Below are positions 29,368-38,291 of a stretch of 64,000 bases of DNA, piece after piece (position 1 is the stretch's first letter; every line of letters starts with the position of its first letter). Source of the stretch: a bacterium (GTDB lineage: Bacteria > Electryoneota > Electryoneia > Electryoneales > Electryoneaceae). The position numbers and the translations under genes are program-made. The stretch lies in NCBI GenBank assembly GCA_963675295.2, contig CAXXKJ010000002.1, positions 2,208,001 through 2,272,000 of the forward strand. The letters are read 5' to 3'. The notes under the pieces are model-generated. The model was not told the origin of the DNA. It saw nothing but the letters and a program-made list of their open reading frames with translations, and did not search any database.

Positions 29368-30372
29368 ATGTCCGATTTAAAGATTCGCATGCCGAAATAC
29401 GAAGATTCACACCTGCTGGAGGCGTTTCGTCAGGGACACCGTCCCGCCCTCGCACGGATGCTGACCCGGGTGGAAAACCAGCACCCGACGACCACGACTC
29501 TGTTGGATCAACTGTATCCCTCCACCGGCGATGCCTGGCGCATCGGGGTCACCGGCCCGCCCGGTGCCGGCAAGAGTACGCTCGTCAATCAACTCGTGAC
29601 CAATTACCGCAAGTCGGACGATCAGGTTGGCGTCATCGCCTTCGATCCGACCAGCCCGTTTACCGGCGGCGCACTGCTCGGTGACCGTGTCCGCATGGAA
29701 TCCATTGGCATGGACCCGGGCGTGTTCATCCGCTCGATGGCCACTCGTGGCCATCTCGGCGGCCTCGCGGTCGGCGTGGATGAGGCTTGCGACCTGTTCG
29801 ACGCGTTCGGTAACTCGAAAATCCTGGTTGAAACCGTCGGCGTCGGCCAGTCGGAGCTGGAGGTCGCAAACGCCACGGATACGACGTTGGTCGTGATCGT
29901 GCCGCAGTCCGGCGATTCGATCCAGGCGATGAAAGCCGGCTTGATGGAAATTGCGGACATTTTTGTGTTGAATAAGTCCGACCGTGACGGGGCCGAGGAC
30001 GCTTACCGGGAACTCGTCAGCATTATCAGCATGAAGGAAATGGAGGATGGGTGGCGCGCGCCGGTGTTGATGACGGCGGCGAACAAGGGCGACGGCATCG
30101 CGGAATTGTCCGGGATGATCGCCAGCCACCGCAAGCATCTGGTCGAAACCGGCCGTCTCGAACAGCGCCGCCGGAAGCGCGCTGTCGCCAAGACACGGCG
30201 CTTGATCGAGGACGAGCTGAGCAAAAAACTGTGGACCGAGGACCGGGCAGCGCAGACTGAGAGTGGAATTGCGCAAGGGGAAAGCCCGTACACGATGTCC
30301 CAGCGGCTGATCGCAGATTTCTACGAGGAGTTGCGCCGTGAGCAAGAACGCAGCGAAAACGAACGGACATAA
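29368..30372 (+). CDS. meaB: MeaB/ArgK GTPase chaperone of B12-dependent mutases
   Basis: GPPGAGKST, DPTSPFTGGALLGDRVRM, ETVGVGQSE, NKSD. Confidence 0.95.
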   Translation: MSDLKIRMPKYEDSHLLEAFRQGHRPALARMLTRVENQHPTTTTLLDQLYPSTGDAWRIGVTGPPGAGKSTLVNQLVTNYRKSDDQVGVIAFDPTSPFTGGALLGDRVRMESIGMDPGVFIRSMATRGHLGGLAVGVDEACDLFDAFGNSKILVETVGVGQSELEVANATDTTLVVIVPQSGDSIQAMKAGLMEIADIFVLNKSDRDGAEDAYRELVSIISMKEMEDGWRAPVLMTAANKGDGIAELSGMIASHRKHLVETGRLEQRRRKRAVAKTRRLIEDELSKKLWTEDRAAQTESGIAQGESPYTMSQRLIADFYEELRREQERSENERT

Positions 30373-32056
30373 CGGATACTCGCCCGAAGGCGGCAGCTAC
30401 GCCGACGACCGCAAGCGGTGGGAGGAGCAGGTTTACAAGCCGCGCGGCAAGTTCCGCAAAGACAATATCGCGTTCACGACCGTCTCCTCGGCCGAGGTGC
30501 CGCACATCGTCGGCCCGGAATACTTCGAGCAGACCGGCTGGGACCCGAAGGAAAAGCTCGGCTGGCCGGGCGAATACCCGTTCACGCGTGGTGTCCACCC
30601 GACTCTCTATCGTGGTAAACTCTGGACCATGCGCCAGTTCGCCGGGTTCGGCACTCCGCGCGAGACCAACGAACGCTACAAGTACTTGCTCGAAAACGGC
30701 CAGACCGGCCTCTCCGTCGCCTTTGACCTGCCCACGTTGATGGGGCATGACGCCGATGAACCGCTCAGCCTCGGCGAAGTCGGTGTCTGCGGTGTTGCCG
30801 TCTCCTCCCGTGAGGACATGGACATCCTCTTCGACGGCATCGAGATGGACAAGGTCACCACCTCGATGACCATCAACGGCCCCGCCGCGATCATCTGGGC
30901 ATTCTTCATCGCCACCGCCGAACGCAAGGGTATTTCCCGCGACAAGCTCGCCGGCACCTTGCAGAACGACATCCTCAAAGAATTCATCGCGCAGAAGGAA
31001 TTCATCTTCCCGCCGGACCCGAGTGTCAAGCTGGTCGTTGACACCATCGAATTCGCGACCAACGAGATGCCGCTCTGGAATTCAGTGTCGGTCAGCGGTT
31101 ATCACATCCGTGAGGCCGGGTCCACCGCCGCGCAGGAGCTCGCGTTCACGCTGATGGACGGCTTCTGCTACACCGAAGAGGCGATCAAGCGTGGGCTCGA
31201 CATTGACGCTTTCGCGCCGCGAATCTCCCACTTCTTCAACAGCCACATCGATTTCTTCGAGGAGATTGGCAAGTTCCGCGCCGCGCGCCGGATCTATTCC
31301 GACCGTTTGCGCAACCGCTACAACGCGAAGAACGAACGTTCCTGGCTGCTTCGCTTCCACACCCAGACCGCAGGCTGCAGTTTGACCGCCCAGCAGCCGG
31401 AAAACAACATCGTCCGCACCGCAACCGAAGCCCTCGCCGGTGTTTTGGGTGGCACGCAGAGCCTGCACACGAACTCCATGGACGAAACCCTCGCGCTGCC
31501 CTCGGAAAAGGCGGTCACCATCGCCCTCCGCACCCAGCAGATCCTCGCGTATGAGACCGGTGTCGCCAACGTGATGGACCCGCTTGCCGGCAGTTATTAT
31601 GTCGAGTGGATGACCGACAAGCTGGAAAAGGAAGCGCAGGAGTACATTCAGCGGATCGAGGATATGGGCGGTGTTGTCGCTGGAATCGAGAACGGTTTCT
31701 TCCAGAAGGAAATCGCGAGGGCGGCGTACACGCACCAGCAGGAATTGGATCGCAAAGAACGCTTGATTGTCGGCGTTAACGCCTTCGAGAAAAAGAACGA
31801 AAAAATTGAAATTCCGATATTGAAGATCGGCAAGCACGTGCAACAAGAACAGATCCAGCGTCTGAAGGATCTTCGTGAACGCCGCGACAATACCAAGGTC
31901 GAGGAGACGCTGAAAGCGTTGCACACCGCGTGTGCAGATGGTGAAAACGTAATGCCTTACCTGATCGAATGCGCTCATGCGGATGTCACAATGGGCGAGA
32001 TGGTCAGGACAATGGAGGCAGTCTACGGGACATACGTCGAAACTTCGCATTTCTAG
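30338..32056 (+). CDS. acyl-CoA mutase large subunit, isobutyryl-CoA mutase (IcmA)-type
   Basis: PGEYPFTRG, WTMRQFAGFG, QNDILKEFIAQKE, SGYHIREAG; no B12-binding domain. Confidence 0.9.
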   Translation: MSKNAAKTNGHNGYSPEGGSYADDRKRWEEQVYKPRGKFRKDNIAFTTVSSAEVPHIVGPEYFEQTGWDPKEKLGWPGEYPFTRGVHPTLYRGKLWTMRQFAGFGTPRETNERYKYLLENGQTGLSVAFDLPTLMGHDADEPLSLGEVGVCGVAVSSREDMDILFDGIEMDKVTTSMTINGPAAIIWAFFIATAERKGISRDKLAGTLQNDILKEFIAQKEFIFPPDPSVKLVVDTIEFATNEMPLWNSVSVSGYHIREAGSTAAQELAFTLMDGFCYTEEAIKRGLDIDAFAPRISHFFNSHIDFFEEIGKFRAARRIYSDRLRNRYNAKNERSWLLRFHTQTAGCSLTAQQPENNIVRTATEALAGVLGGTQSLHTNSMDETLALPSEKAVTIALRTQQILAYETGVANVMDPLAGSYYVEWMTDKLEKEAQEYIQRIEDMGGVVAGIENGFFQKEIARAAYTHQQELDRKERLIVGVNAFEKKNEKIEIPILKIGKHVQQEQIQRLKDLRERRDNTKVEETLKALHTACADGENVMPYLIECAHADVTMGEMVRTMEAVYGTYVETSHF

Positions 32057-32198
32057 AGATTCGCCCTTGTATTAGATTTAGAATCTTCGCATACTATAGG
32101 TCTAGGCATCCAATGAGAGTTTGCGTCGTGAACTAAGGGGAACACGAGGCAGATTTTTTCCGCTGTGCTCGCACTGAGATGCCATACCGAAGCGGGGA

Positions 32199-35100
32199 TT
32201 GCTGGGGATGGACAGCGTTACTCAGGAGTCGCAAGTCCTGTCCAAATCACTGAAGTCGTTCCTGGATCGTCTCAAGGATGTTCCGGCGAACGGCTCTGCG
32301 TCCACGCGCAGCAATCGTTCCGAAGAGGTCTTCCTCAAAGCATTTCATTCCCATCCAGCCATTCAACTGCTCGTCTCTTCGGTCAACGGCGCGATTGTCG
32401 ATGCCAACCAGGCAGCCTGCAGCTTCTACGGCTACACCCACGAAGAATTCGTCACCCGCAACCTGTCCGACATCAGCACGTTGAATTTCACCGCCTTGCG
32501 CGAAATGTTCGGCAAGCTGGAGATCGAGAAAACCGACAAGTATGCACTTACGCAACGCATCGCGGAAGGCGAATTGCGTGACGTGACGGCCTACACGCTC
32601 GATCTCAACCTCTACGGCCGTTCGCTGCTCTGGCTGACCATCGTCGACGTCACCGAAGAAGCCCGCAACCGCAAGATTCGCGCGCTGCTGCTGGACATCA
32701 GCGAGGCGGCGAGTGTCGCCGATGATATTCACGCCTTCATCGGCCTGGTGCGTGACCGGCTGTCCGATTTCCTTGAGACGACGAACTTCTACGTCGCGCT
32801 CTACGACGAATCGGAGAACATCTACAACTTCCCGTACTACACGGACGAAGAGGATCCAAGCCCGAAACCCGCGCGATTGCAAGGGTCGATTACCGACTAC
32901 ATCCGCCGCACCGGCCGTTCGTTGCTGGTGGACGTTGAATTGGAAGAGCAACTCACCCGCATGGGTGAAATCCACCTGATTGGCTCGCCTTCGGCGGTTT
33001 TCCTCGGGGTTCCGTTGAAGACACCGCACGGAATCATCGGTGTCCTCGCGGTTCAGCACTATCACGACCCGACTGCGTTCAAGGAATCCGACCTCGACCT
33101 GCTCGAATTTGCTTCTGGCCCGATCGCGGTGTTGATCGAACGTCTGCGCGCCGAAAGTGCGTTGCGCGACTCCGAAGCGAACTTCCGCACGTTCATCCGT
33201 GAGAGCGTGCAGGGCATTGTCTTTACCGATCCGAACGATCTGCTGCTGACGGTAAACCGTGAATTCCAACGCATTTTTGGCTATTCCACAGAAGAACTGA
33301 TCGGCCGTCCGAACAACCTCATCGTGCCGAAGGAGTTCATCGACGAAAGCGAAATGCTGGTCATCAAGGCCCGCGACCAGAAGGTGATCAAGCTGGACAC
33401 CGTGCGCCTGGCCAAGGATGGCAGCAACGTCGAAGTGTCGATTATGGGTGTGCCGATTCACCGCGATGGCAAGCACGTTGGCACGTACTGGGTATACCGC
33501 GATCTCACTGACCAGCGCCGGTCGGAAACGCTGCAGACCGTGTTGTACGAGATCACCAAGGCCGCCACGACGCAGGGCGACCTCAACGACGTCATGACCG
33601 TCGTCCACAAGCAGATCTCGAAGCTGATTGAAGCGTCCAACTTCTTCGTCTGCCTTTATGATGAGGAGACGGAAGAATACTACTTCCCGTATTTCGTCGA
33701 CGAACAGGAAGAAATTGATCCGGAACAGCGCTTCAAACTGAAGAATTCGATGACCGACTACATCCGCCGCAACCAGTCAGCGTTACTGCGGACCGAAGCG
33801 GAAGTCGTCGAACTGACCGCCCGCCAGGCAATCCGGACCTATCCGCCGCTCCCGAAATCGTGGCTCGGTGTACAGTTGCGCCGTCCGGACGGTGTCAGCG
33901 GTGTCGTCGTCGTCCAGAGTTACCGCAACGATTACGCGTACGATGAACGCGACCTTGAACTGCTCGAATTTGTTTCCAGCCACATCTCGAGCGTCATCGA
34001 GCATAAGCGTGAACAAGTAGCCTTGATGGCGTCGGAAGAGCGTCACCGTGCCCTCTTCAACCAGTCGCCGGTCGGGGTGCTGCTGTACGATTTCGATTTC
34101 ATCATCACCGACTGCAACGAGCGCCACGCCGAGATCATGGGTGCCGGTTCCCGCGAGGATCTGATCGGAAACGATCTCAGCAACATTCCGCGCAAGGACA
34201 TCCTCACCCTGATGCAACGCGCGCTGAGCGGCATCAACGGGTACTACGAAGGCCCGTATGTTCCGAAACGGCGCGACGATGAGCTGTGGATCTCGCTGAG
34301 CATTTCTCCATACTACGGCGGCGAGCGGCAGATTATCGGCGGCATGGCGGTGGTGATGGACAATACCGAACGCCACCAGGCCGAACAGGAAGCGGAAGTC
34401 CAGCGCGCCTACCAGGAACAGCTGTTCGAAGGTGCGCCGGAAGCGATCATTATCCTCGATACCAATTTGCGCGTGCTGCGGGCAAACCCTGAATTCACCC
34501 GGCTCTTCGGCTATTCCAACGAAGAGGCACAGGGACTGGATCTCGGCCTGCTGATTCTCCCGGAAGGCAAGGACGATGCGCAACGCGGCCAGTATGACGT
34601 GATGCGCAAGGGTGAGATGATTCGTGTCGAGGAAACCAAGTGCAAGCGCCGGGACGGTACCCTGGTCCACGTTTCTATGCTCGGTACGCCGATCGTCATT
34701 GATAACGAAGTCGCAGGCATCTACGCGATCTACCGCGACATCACCCGCCGCAAGCAGGCCAACGACGAGCTCGCAGCCGAAAAGGAACGCCTGGCGGTGA
34801 CCCTCGGGTCGCTCGGCGAAGGCGTGATCACCACCGACATTGACGGTCGCGTCGCGATGATCAACGAGCAGGCGAGCAAGATGACCGGCTGGACCCCGGA
34901 CCTCGCCATCGGCCAGGATTTCGAAATCGTCTTCCCATTACGGGAAGAACAAACCGGCGCCGTCATCGACAGCCCGGTCTACCGCGTCATCGAGTCTGGT
35001 GTGCACGAACGTTGGACACGCGAATGCATCCTCTACACCCGTGACGGCGGCCAGGTACTCATCGTCGGGAACGCCACCCCGGTCCACAACAAGCTGGATG

Positions 35101-36296
35101 AAGTCATCGGCGCGGTGGTCGTCTTTCGCGATGTCACCCAGCAACGCAAGATGGAAGAGGAAGTGGCGAAGATTGAGCGCCTCGAATCCATCGGTGTGCT
35201 CGCCGGCGGCATCGCGCACGACTTCAACAACATCCTCTCCGCCGTGCTCGGCAACATCAGCATCGCCCGCATGGTGCAGGACAATCCCGAGTTCATCGGC
35301 CAACGGCTCGAGGACGCGGAAAAAGCGACTTTGCGCGCCCGTGAACTGACCCAGCAGCTGCTCACCTTCTCCAAGGGTGGCCAGCCGATTCGTAAGGCCG
35401 CCGACCTCGCCGACCTGATCCGCGAATCGGTCGACTTCACCTTGCGCGGGTCGAACGTTCGCGGCGAGATCAAGATTGACGCCGACCTCTGGCCGTCCGA
35501 AATCGACGAGAGCCAGATCAACCGCGTGATCAACAACCTCGTCATCAACGCCAACCAGGCGATGCCCGAGGGCGGCAACCTGTTTGTCCGGGCGATCAAC
35601 GACGTTGTCACTGAAGATATGGTCCTTCCCCTGGATCCGGGACGGTATGTCCGCATCGACGTCGAAGACGATGGTCCCGGCATGTCGGAAGAAGTGGTCG
35701 GGCGTATCTTCGACCCGTTCTTCACCACCAAATCGAAGGGTTCCGGCCTCGGTCTCGCGACTTCATTCTCCATCATTCAGAAGCACGACGGCCTGCTGAC
35801 CGTCCAGTCCGAAATCGGCATTGGCACAACCTTCTCGATCTACCTGCCGGCATCCGACAAGCAGGTCGAGAAGACCGAAACAGATCGTGAAATTCCCGCG
35901 CGCGGCAGCGGACGGGTGCTGGTGATGGACGACGAAGAGTCGGTGCGTGAAGTCGCCGTCGTCATGCTCGGCAACCTCGGATTCGACGCGCTCGCGGTCG
36001 GCGACGGGGAAGAGGCGCTGCTCGCCTACCAGGACGCCAAGGAGAGCGGGATGCCGTTCGACGTCGTGATCATGGACCTCACCATCCCCGGCGGCATGGG
36101 CGGCGAAGAGACCATCCGCAAGCTGCGCGAGTACGATCCGGAGGTTCGTGCAATCGTTTCCAGCGGCTACTCCAACGATCCGGTCATGGCCGCGCACAAG
36201 GATCACGGCTTCTGCGGCGTGATGGCCAAACCGTACCTCGTCAACGACCTCCAGCGTGTTCTCTTCGACGTCCTGCACCCCGCGTCCATGAACTGA
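32199..36296 (+). CDS. hybrid sensor histidine kinase (multiple PAS, two GAF, HisKA, HATPase, receiver)
   Basis: IAHDFNN H-box, NLVINA, DPFFTTK..GSGLGL, IMDLTIPGGMG receiver; start approximate. Confidence 0.95.
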   Translation: MLGMDSVTQESQVLSKSLKSFLDRLKDVPANGSASTRSNRSEEVFLKAFHSHPAIQLLVSSVNGAIVDANQAACSFYGYTHEEFVTRNLSDISTLNFTALREMFGKLEIEKTDKYALTQRIAEGELRDVTAYTLDLNLYGRSLLWLTIVDVTEEARNRKIRALLLDISEAASVADDIHAFIGLVRDRLSDFLETTNFYVALYDESENIYNFPYYTDEEDPSPKPARLQGSITDYIRRTGRSLLVDVELEEQLTRMGEIHLIGSPSAVFLGVPLKTPHGIIGVLAVQHYHDPTAFKESDLDLLEFASGPIAVLIERLRAESALRDSEANFRTFIRESVQGIVFTDPNDLLLTVNREFQRIFGYSTEELIGRPNNLIVPKEFIDESEMLVIKARDQKVIKLDTVRLAKDGSNVEVSIMGVPIHRDGKHVGTYWVYRDLTDQRRSETLQTVLYEITKAATTQGDLNDVMTVVHKQISKLIEASNFFVCLYDEETEEYYFPYFVDEQEEIDPEQRFKLKNSMTDYIRRNQSALLRTEAEVVELTARQAIRTYPPLPKSWLGVQLRRPDGVSGVVVVQSYRNDYAYDERDLELLEFVSSHISSVIEHKREQVALMASEERHRALFNQSPVGVLLYDFDFIITDCNERHAEIMGAGSREDLIGNDLSNIPRKDILTLMQRALSGINGYYEGPYVPKRRDDELWISLSISPYYGGERQIIGGMAVVMDNTERHQAEQEAEVQRAYQEQLFEGAPEAIIILDTNLRVLRANPEFTRLFGYSNEEAQGLDLGLLILPEGKDDAQRGQYDVMRKGEMIRVEETKCKRRDGTLVHVSMLGTPIVIDNEVAGIYAIYRDITRRKQANDELAAEKERLAVTLGSLGEGVITTDIDGRVAMINEQASKMTGWTPDLAIGQDFEIVFPLREEQTGAVIDSPVYRVIESGVHERWTRECILYTRDGGQVLIVGNATPVHNKLDEVIGAVVVFRDVTQQRKMEEEVAKIERLESIGVLAGGIAHDFNNILSAVLGNISIARMVQDNPEFIGQRLEDAEKATLRARELTQQLLTFSKGGQPIRKAADLADLIRESVDFTLRGSNVRGEIKIDADLWPSEIDESQINRVINNLVINANQAMPEGGNLFVRAINDVVTEDMVLPLDPGRYVRIDVEDDGPGMSEEVVGRIFDPFFTTKSKGSGLGLATSFSIIQKHDGLLTVQSEIGIGTTFSIYLPASDKQVEKTETDREIPARGSGRVLVMDDEESVREVAVVMLGNLGFDALAVGDGEEALLAYQDAKESGMPFDVVIMDLTIPGGMGGEETIRKLREYDPEVRAIVSSGYSNDPVMAAHKDHGFCGVMAKPYLVNDLQRVLFDVLHPASMN

Positions 36297-36626
36297 CCTC
36301 GTGGCGAAATCACGGCCATGAGCTCACAAAGCGTACTCCTTCAGCCAGCCAGACCTGTTGCATCCATTCCGTAGCATGAACCGTACATTGCCATCTGATG
36401 ATGGGAAGCTTGCTTTCGCCTTGGTCTTCCAGCCTGAACAGATGGAGTGAGTGACCGACTTGAAACGTGTTGTCAGCCTCATGTGAGACGTTCATGAGGA
36501 CGGAACGATTCAGTGTGAACGAAACTCGTTTTTGGGAAAACCGTCTCTCTTGGCGTACAGGCTTGTATTTCGCTACATTCATGGGTTCTGGTCGAGAGAA
36601 TCTCAGGCAAAGCAAGGGAGTCCCGG

Positions 36627-37040
36627 GTGTCCGGAAATCGCAGGGTACGTGTGGTGTTGGCCAAGCCCGGTCTGGACGGGCATGATCGTGGTGCGAAGGT
36701 GTTGGCGGCGGCGTTTCGTGATGCCGGTTTCGAGGTGATCTACCTCGGGCTGCGGCAGACACCGGAGAGTATCGTCGAGGCAGCGTTGCAGGAGGACGCC
36801 GACGTGATCGCGTTGTCCATCCTTTCCGGCGCGCACATGACGCAGTTCCCGCGCACGCTCGAGGTGATGAAGGAGAAGGGGCTCGAGGACGTTCTGCTCA
36901 CCGGCGGCGGGATCATTCCGGATGAGGACATCGAGACGTTAATGGAGATGGGTACCGGCCGTCTGTTCGGGCCGGGGACACCGCTTCCGGAACCGATCGA
37001 GTACATTCGTGAATGGGTCGCTGCGAACCGGCCGGACTAA
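36627..37040 (+). CDS. cobalamin-binding small subunit of acyl-CoA mutase
   Basis: [31 protein letters not shown]. Confidence 0.95.
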   Translation: MSGNRRVRVVLAKPGLDGHDRGAKVLAAAFRDAGFEVIYLGLRQTPESIVEAALQEDADVIALSILSGAHMTQFPRTLEVMKEKGLEDVLLTGGGIIPDEDIETLMEMGTGRLFGPGTPLPEPIEYIREWVAANRPD

Positions 37041-37048
37041 GAGTACTC

Positions 37049-37097
37049 AAGTACAAAGTACAAAGTACAAAGTACAAAGTACAAAGTACAAAGTACA
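37049..37097. repeat. heptamer tandem repeat (AAGTACA) x7
   Basis: Seven perfect units counted. Confidence 0.97.
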
Positions 37098-37190
37098 AGA
37101 AGTTAAGTAGTATTTGGTGTTCAGGTCGTATTAGACGTGTATGGATCCTTTTCGCATTTATGTTTAGCCTCTGTGCCTTTATCTTTTAAT

Positions 37191-37318
37191 CTCTTACTGT
37201 CTTTTACTGTCTTTTACTGTCTTTTCCTATCAGTTCCTATTTTTTACTATCAGTTCCTGTCTTTTACTATCTGTTACTTTCTTTTACTTGTTTTCGACTT
37301 TCGACTTTCTATCGACTT
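37191..37318. repeat. degenerate decamer array (CTTTTACTGT-like, about 10 units) followed by TTTCGAC heptamers
   Basis: 10-nt periodicity visible over 37191-37290. Confidence 0.85.
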
Positions 37319-37346
37319 ACATACGACTTCTTTTCAGGAGTGAGGG

Positions 37347-38102
37347 ATGTCCGGACATTCAAAATGGTCAACGATCAAGCGCAAGAAGGGTGCTGCTGAC
37401 GCTGCCCGCGCCCGGGTGTTTACCAAGTTGATCAAGGAAATCACGGTTGCCGCGCGCATGGGCGGCGGTGATCCTGATGCGAACCCCCGGCTGCGTCTCG
37501 CCATCGACAAGGGCAAGCAGGCGAACATGCCGTTGCAGAACGTTGAGCGCGCGATCAAGAAGGGCACCGGCGAACTCGAGGGCGTGGCGTACGAGGAAGT
37601 GACGTACGAGGGCTACGGTCCCGGCGGCGCGGCGGTGATTGTTGAGGCGATTACCGACAACCGCAACCGCACCGTCAGCGAAATCCGTCACCTGTTTAGC
37701 AAGCTGGGCGGGAATCTGGCGGAGACGAACGCCGTTGCGTTCATGTTCGACCGCAAGGCGGTGGTCGAGCTCGAACCCGGCGACAAGACGGAAGATGACG
37801 TTATGGAAGCCGCGCTGGAAGCGGGCGCGGAGGATGTCGTGATGGAGGATGACGGTACGTTCACCGTCACCGGCGAGCCGAATTTGCTGAACGATCTGAA
37901 GGACGCGTTGGAGGCGATCGGCGTCAACATCACCAGCGCGGAATCGACCCTCGTGCCGCAGAATTACATGGATGTGGACGAGAAGCACGCCGGCACGCTG
38001 CTCAAGATGATGGAGCAGTTGGACGACCACGACGACGTGCAGAAGGTCTACTCGAACTTCGACATCAGCGAGGAACTGCTCGAGAAGCTGGCGGAAGAGT
38101 AG
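37347..38102 (+). CDS. yebC: YebC/PmpR family protein
   Basis: MSGHSKWSTIKRKK, NPRLRLAI, YEGYGPGG, DDVQKVYSN. Confidence 0.97.
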   Translation: MSGHSKWSTIKRKKGAADAARARVFTKLIKEITVAARMGGGDPDANPRLRLAIDKGKQANMPLQNVERAIKKGTGELEGVAYEEVTYEGYGPGGAAVIVEAITDNRNRTVSEIRHLFSKLGGNLAETNAVAFMFDRKAVVELEPGDKTEDDVMEAALEAGAEDVVMEDDGTFTVTGEPNLLNDLKDALEAIGVNITSAESTLVPQNYMDVDEKHAGTLLKMMEQLDDHDDVQKVYSNFDISEELLEKLAEE

Positions 38103-38131
38103 CCAGATGGCGCCGGAAGTGCCGCGAGTGT

Positions 38132-38163
38132 AACGGGACCGATTCAGAGTCGGTCCCGTTTTC
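38132..38163 (+). terminator. intrinsic terminator
   Basis: AACGGGACCGA...TCGGTCCCGTTTT. Confidence 0.75.
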
Positions 38164-38291
38164 GGTTTGCGCCGGACAACCCGGCAGTGGGTATGTTCCG
38201 TGGAACTTCCGGTCTCTTTCGCCGTGCGTGCATCAGGCCTGTCGTTCTTCACCTGTCAATTTTCACTTGCTCAACCACTTGGGATCCTGAA

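Noticed and set aside
30338-32056. Methylmalonyl-CoA mutase label
   Set aside because: Phe/Gln signature instead of Tyr/Arg
32130-32200. Cobalamin riboswitch-like fragments (AAGGGGAA..GCACTG; also AGCCAGACCTG near 36347)
   Set aside because: The conserved stems and B12 box cannot be assembled in the right order
36913-37343. Short ORFs 36913-37098(-) and 37137-37343(+)
   Set aside because: They are translations of tandem repeats
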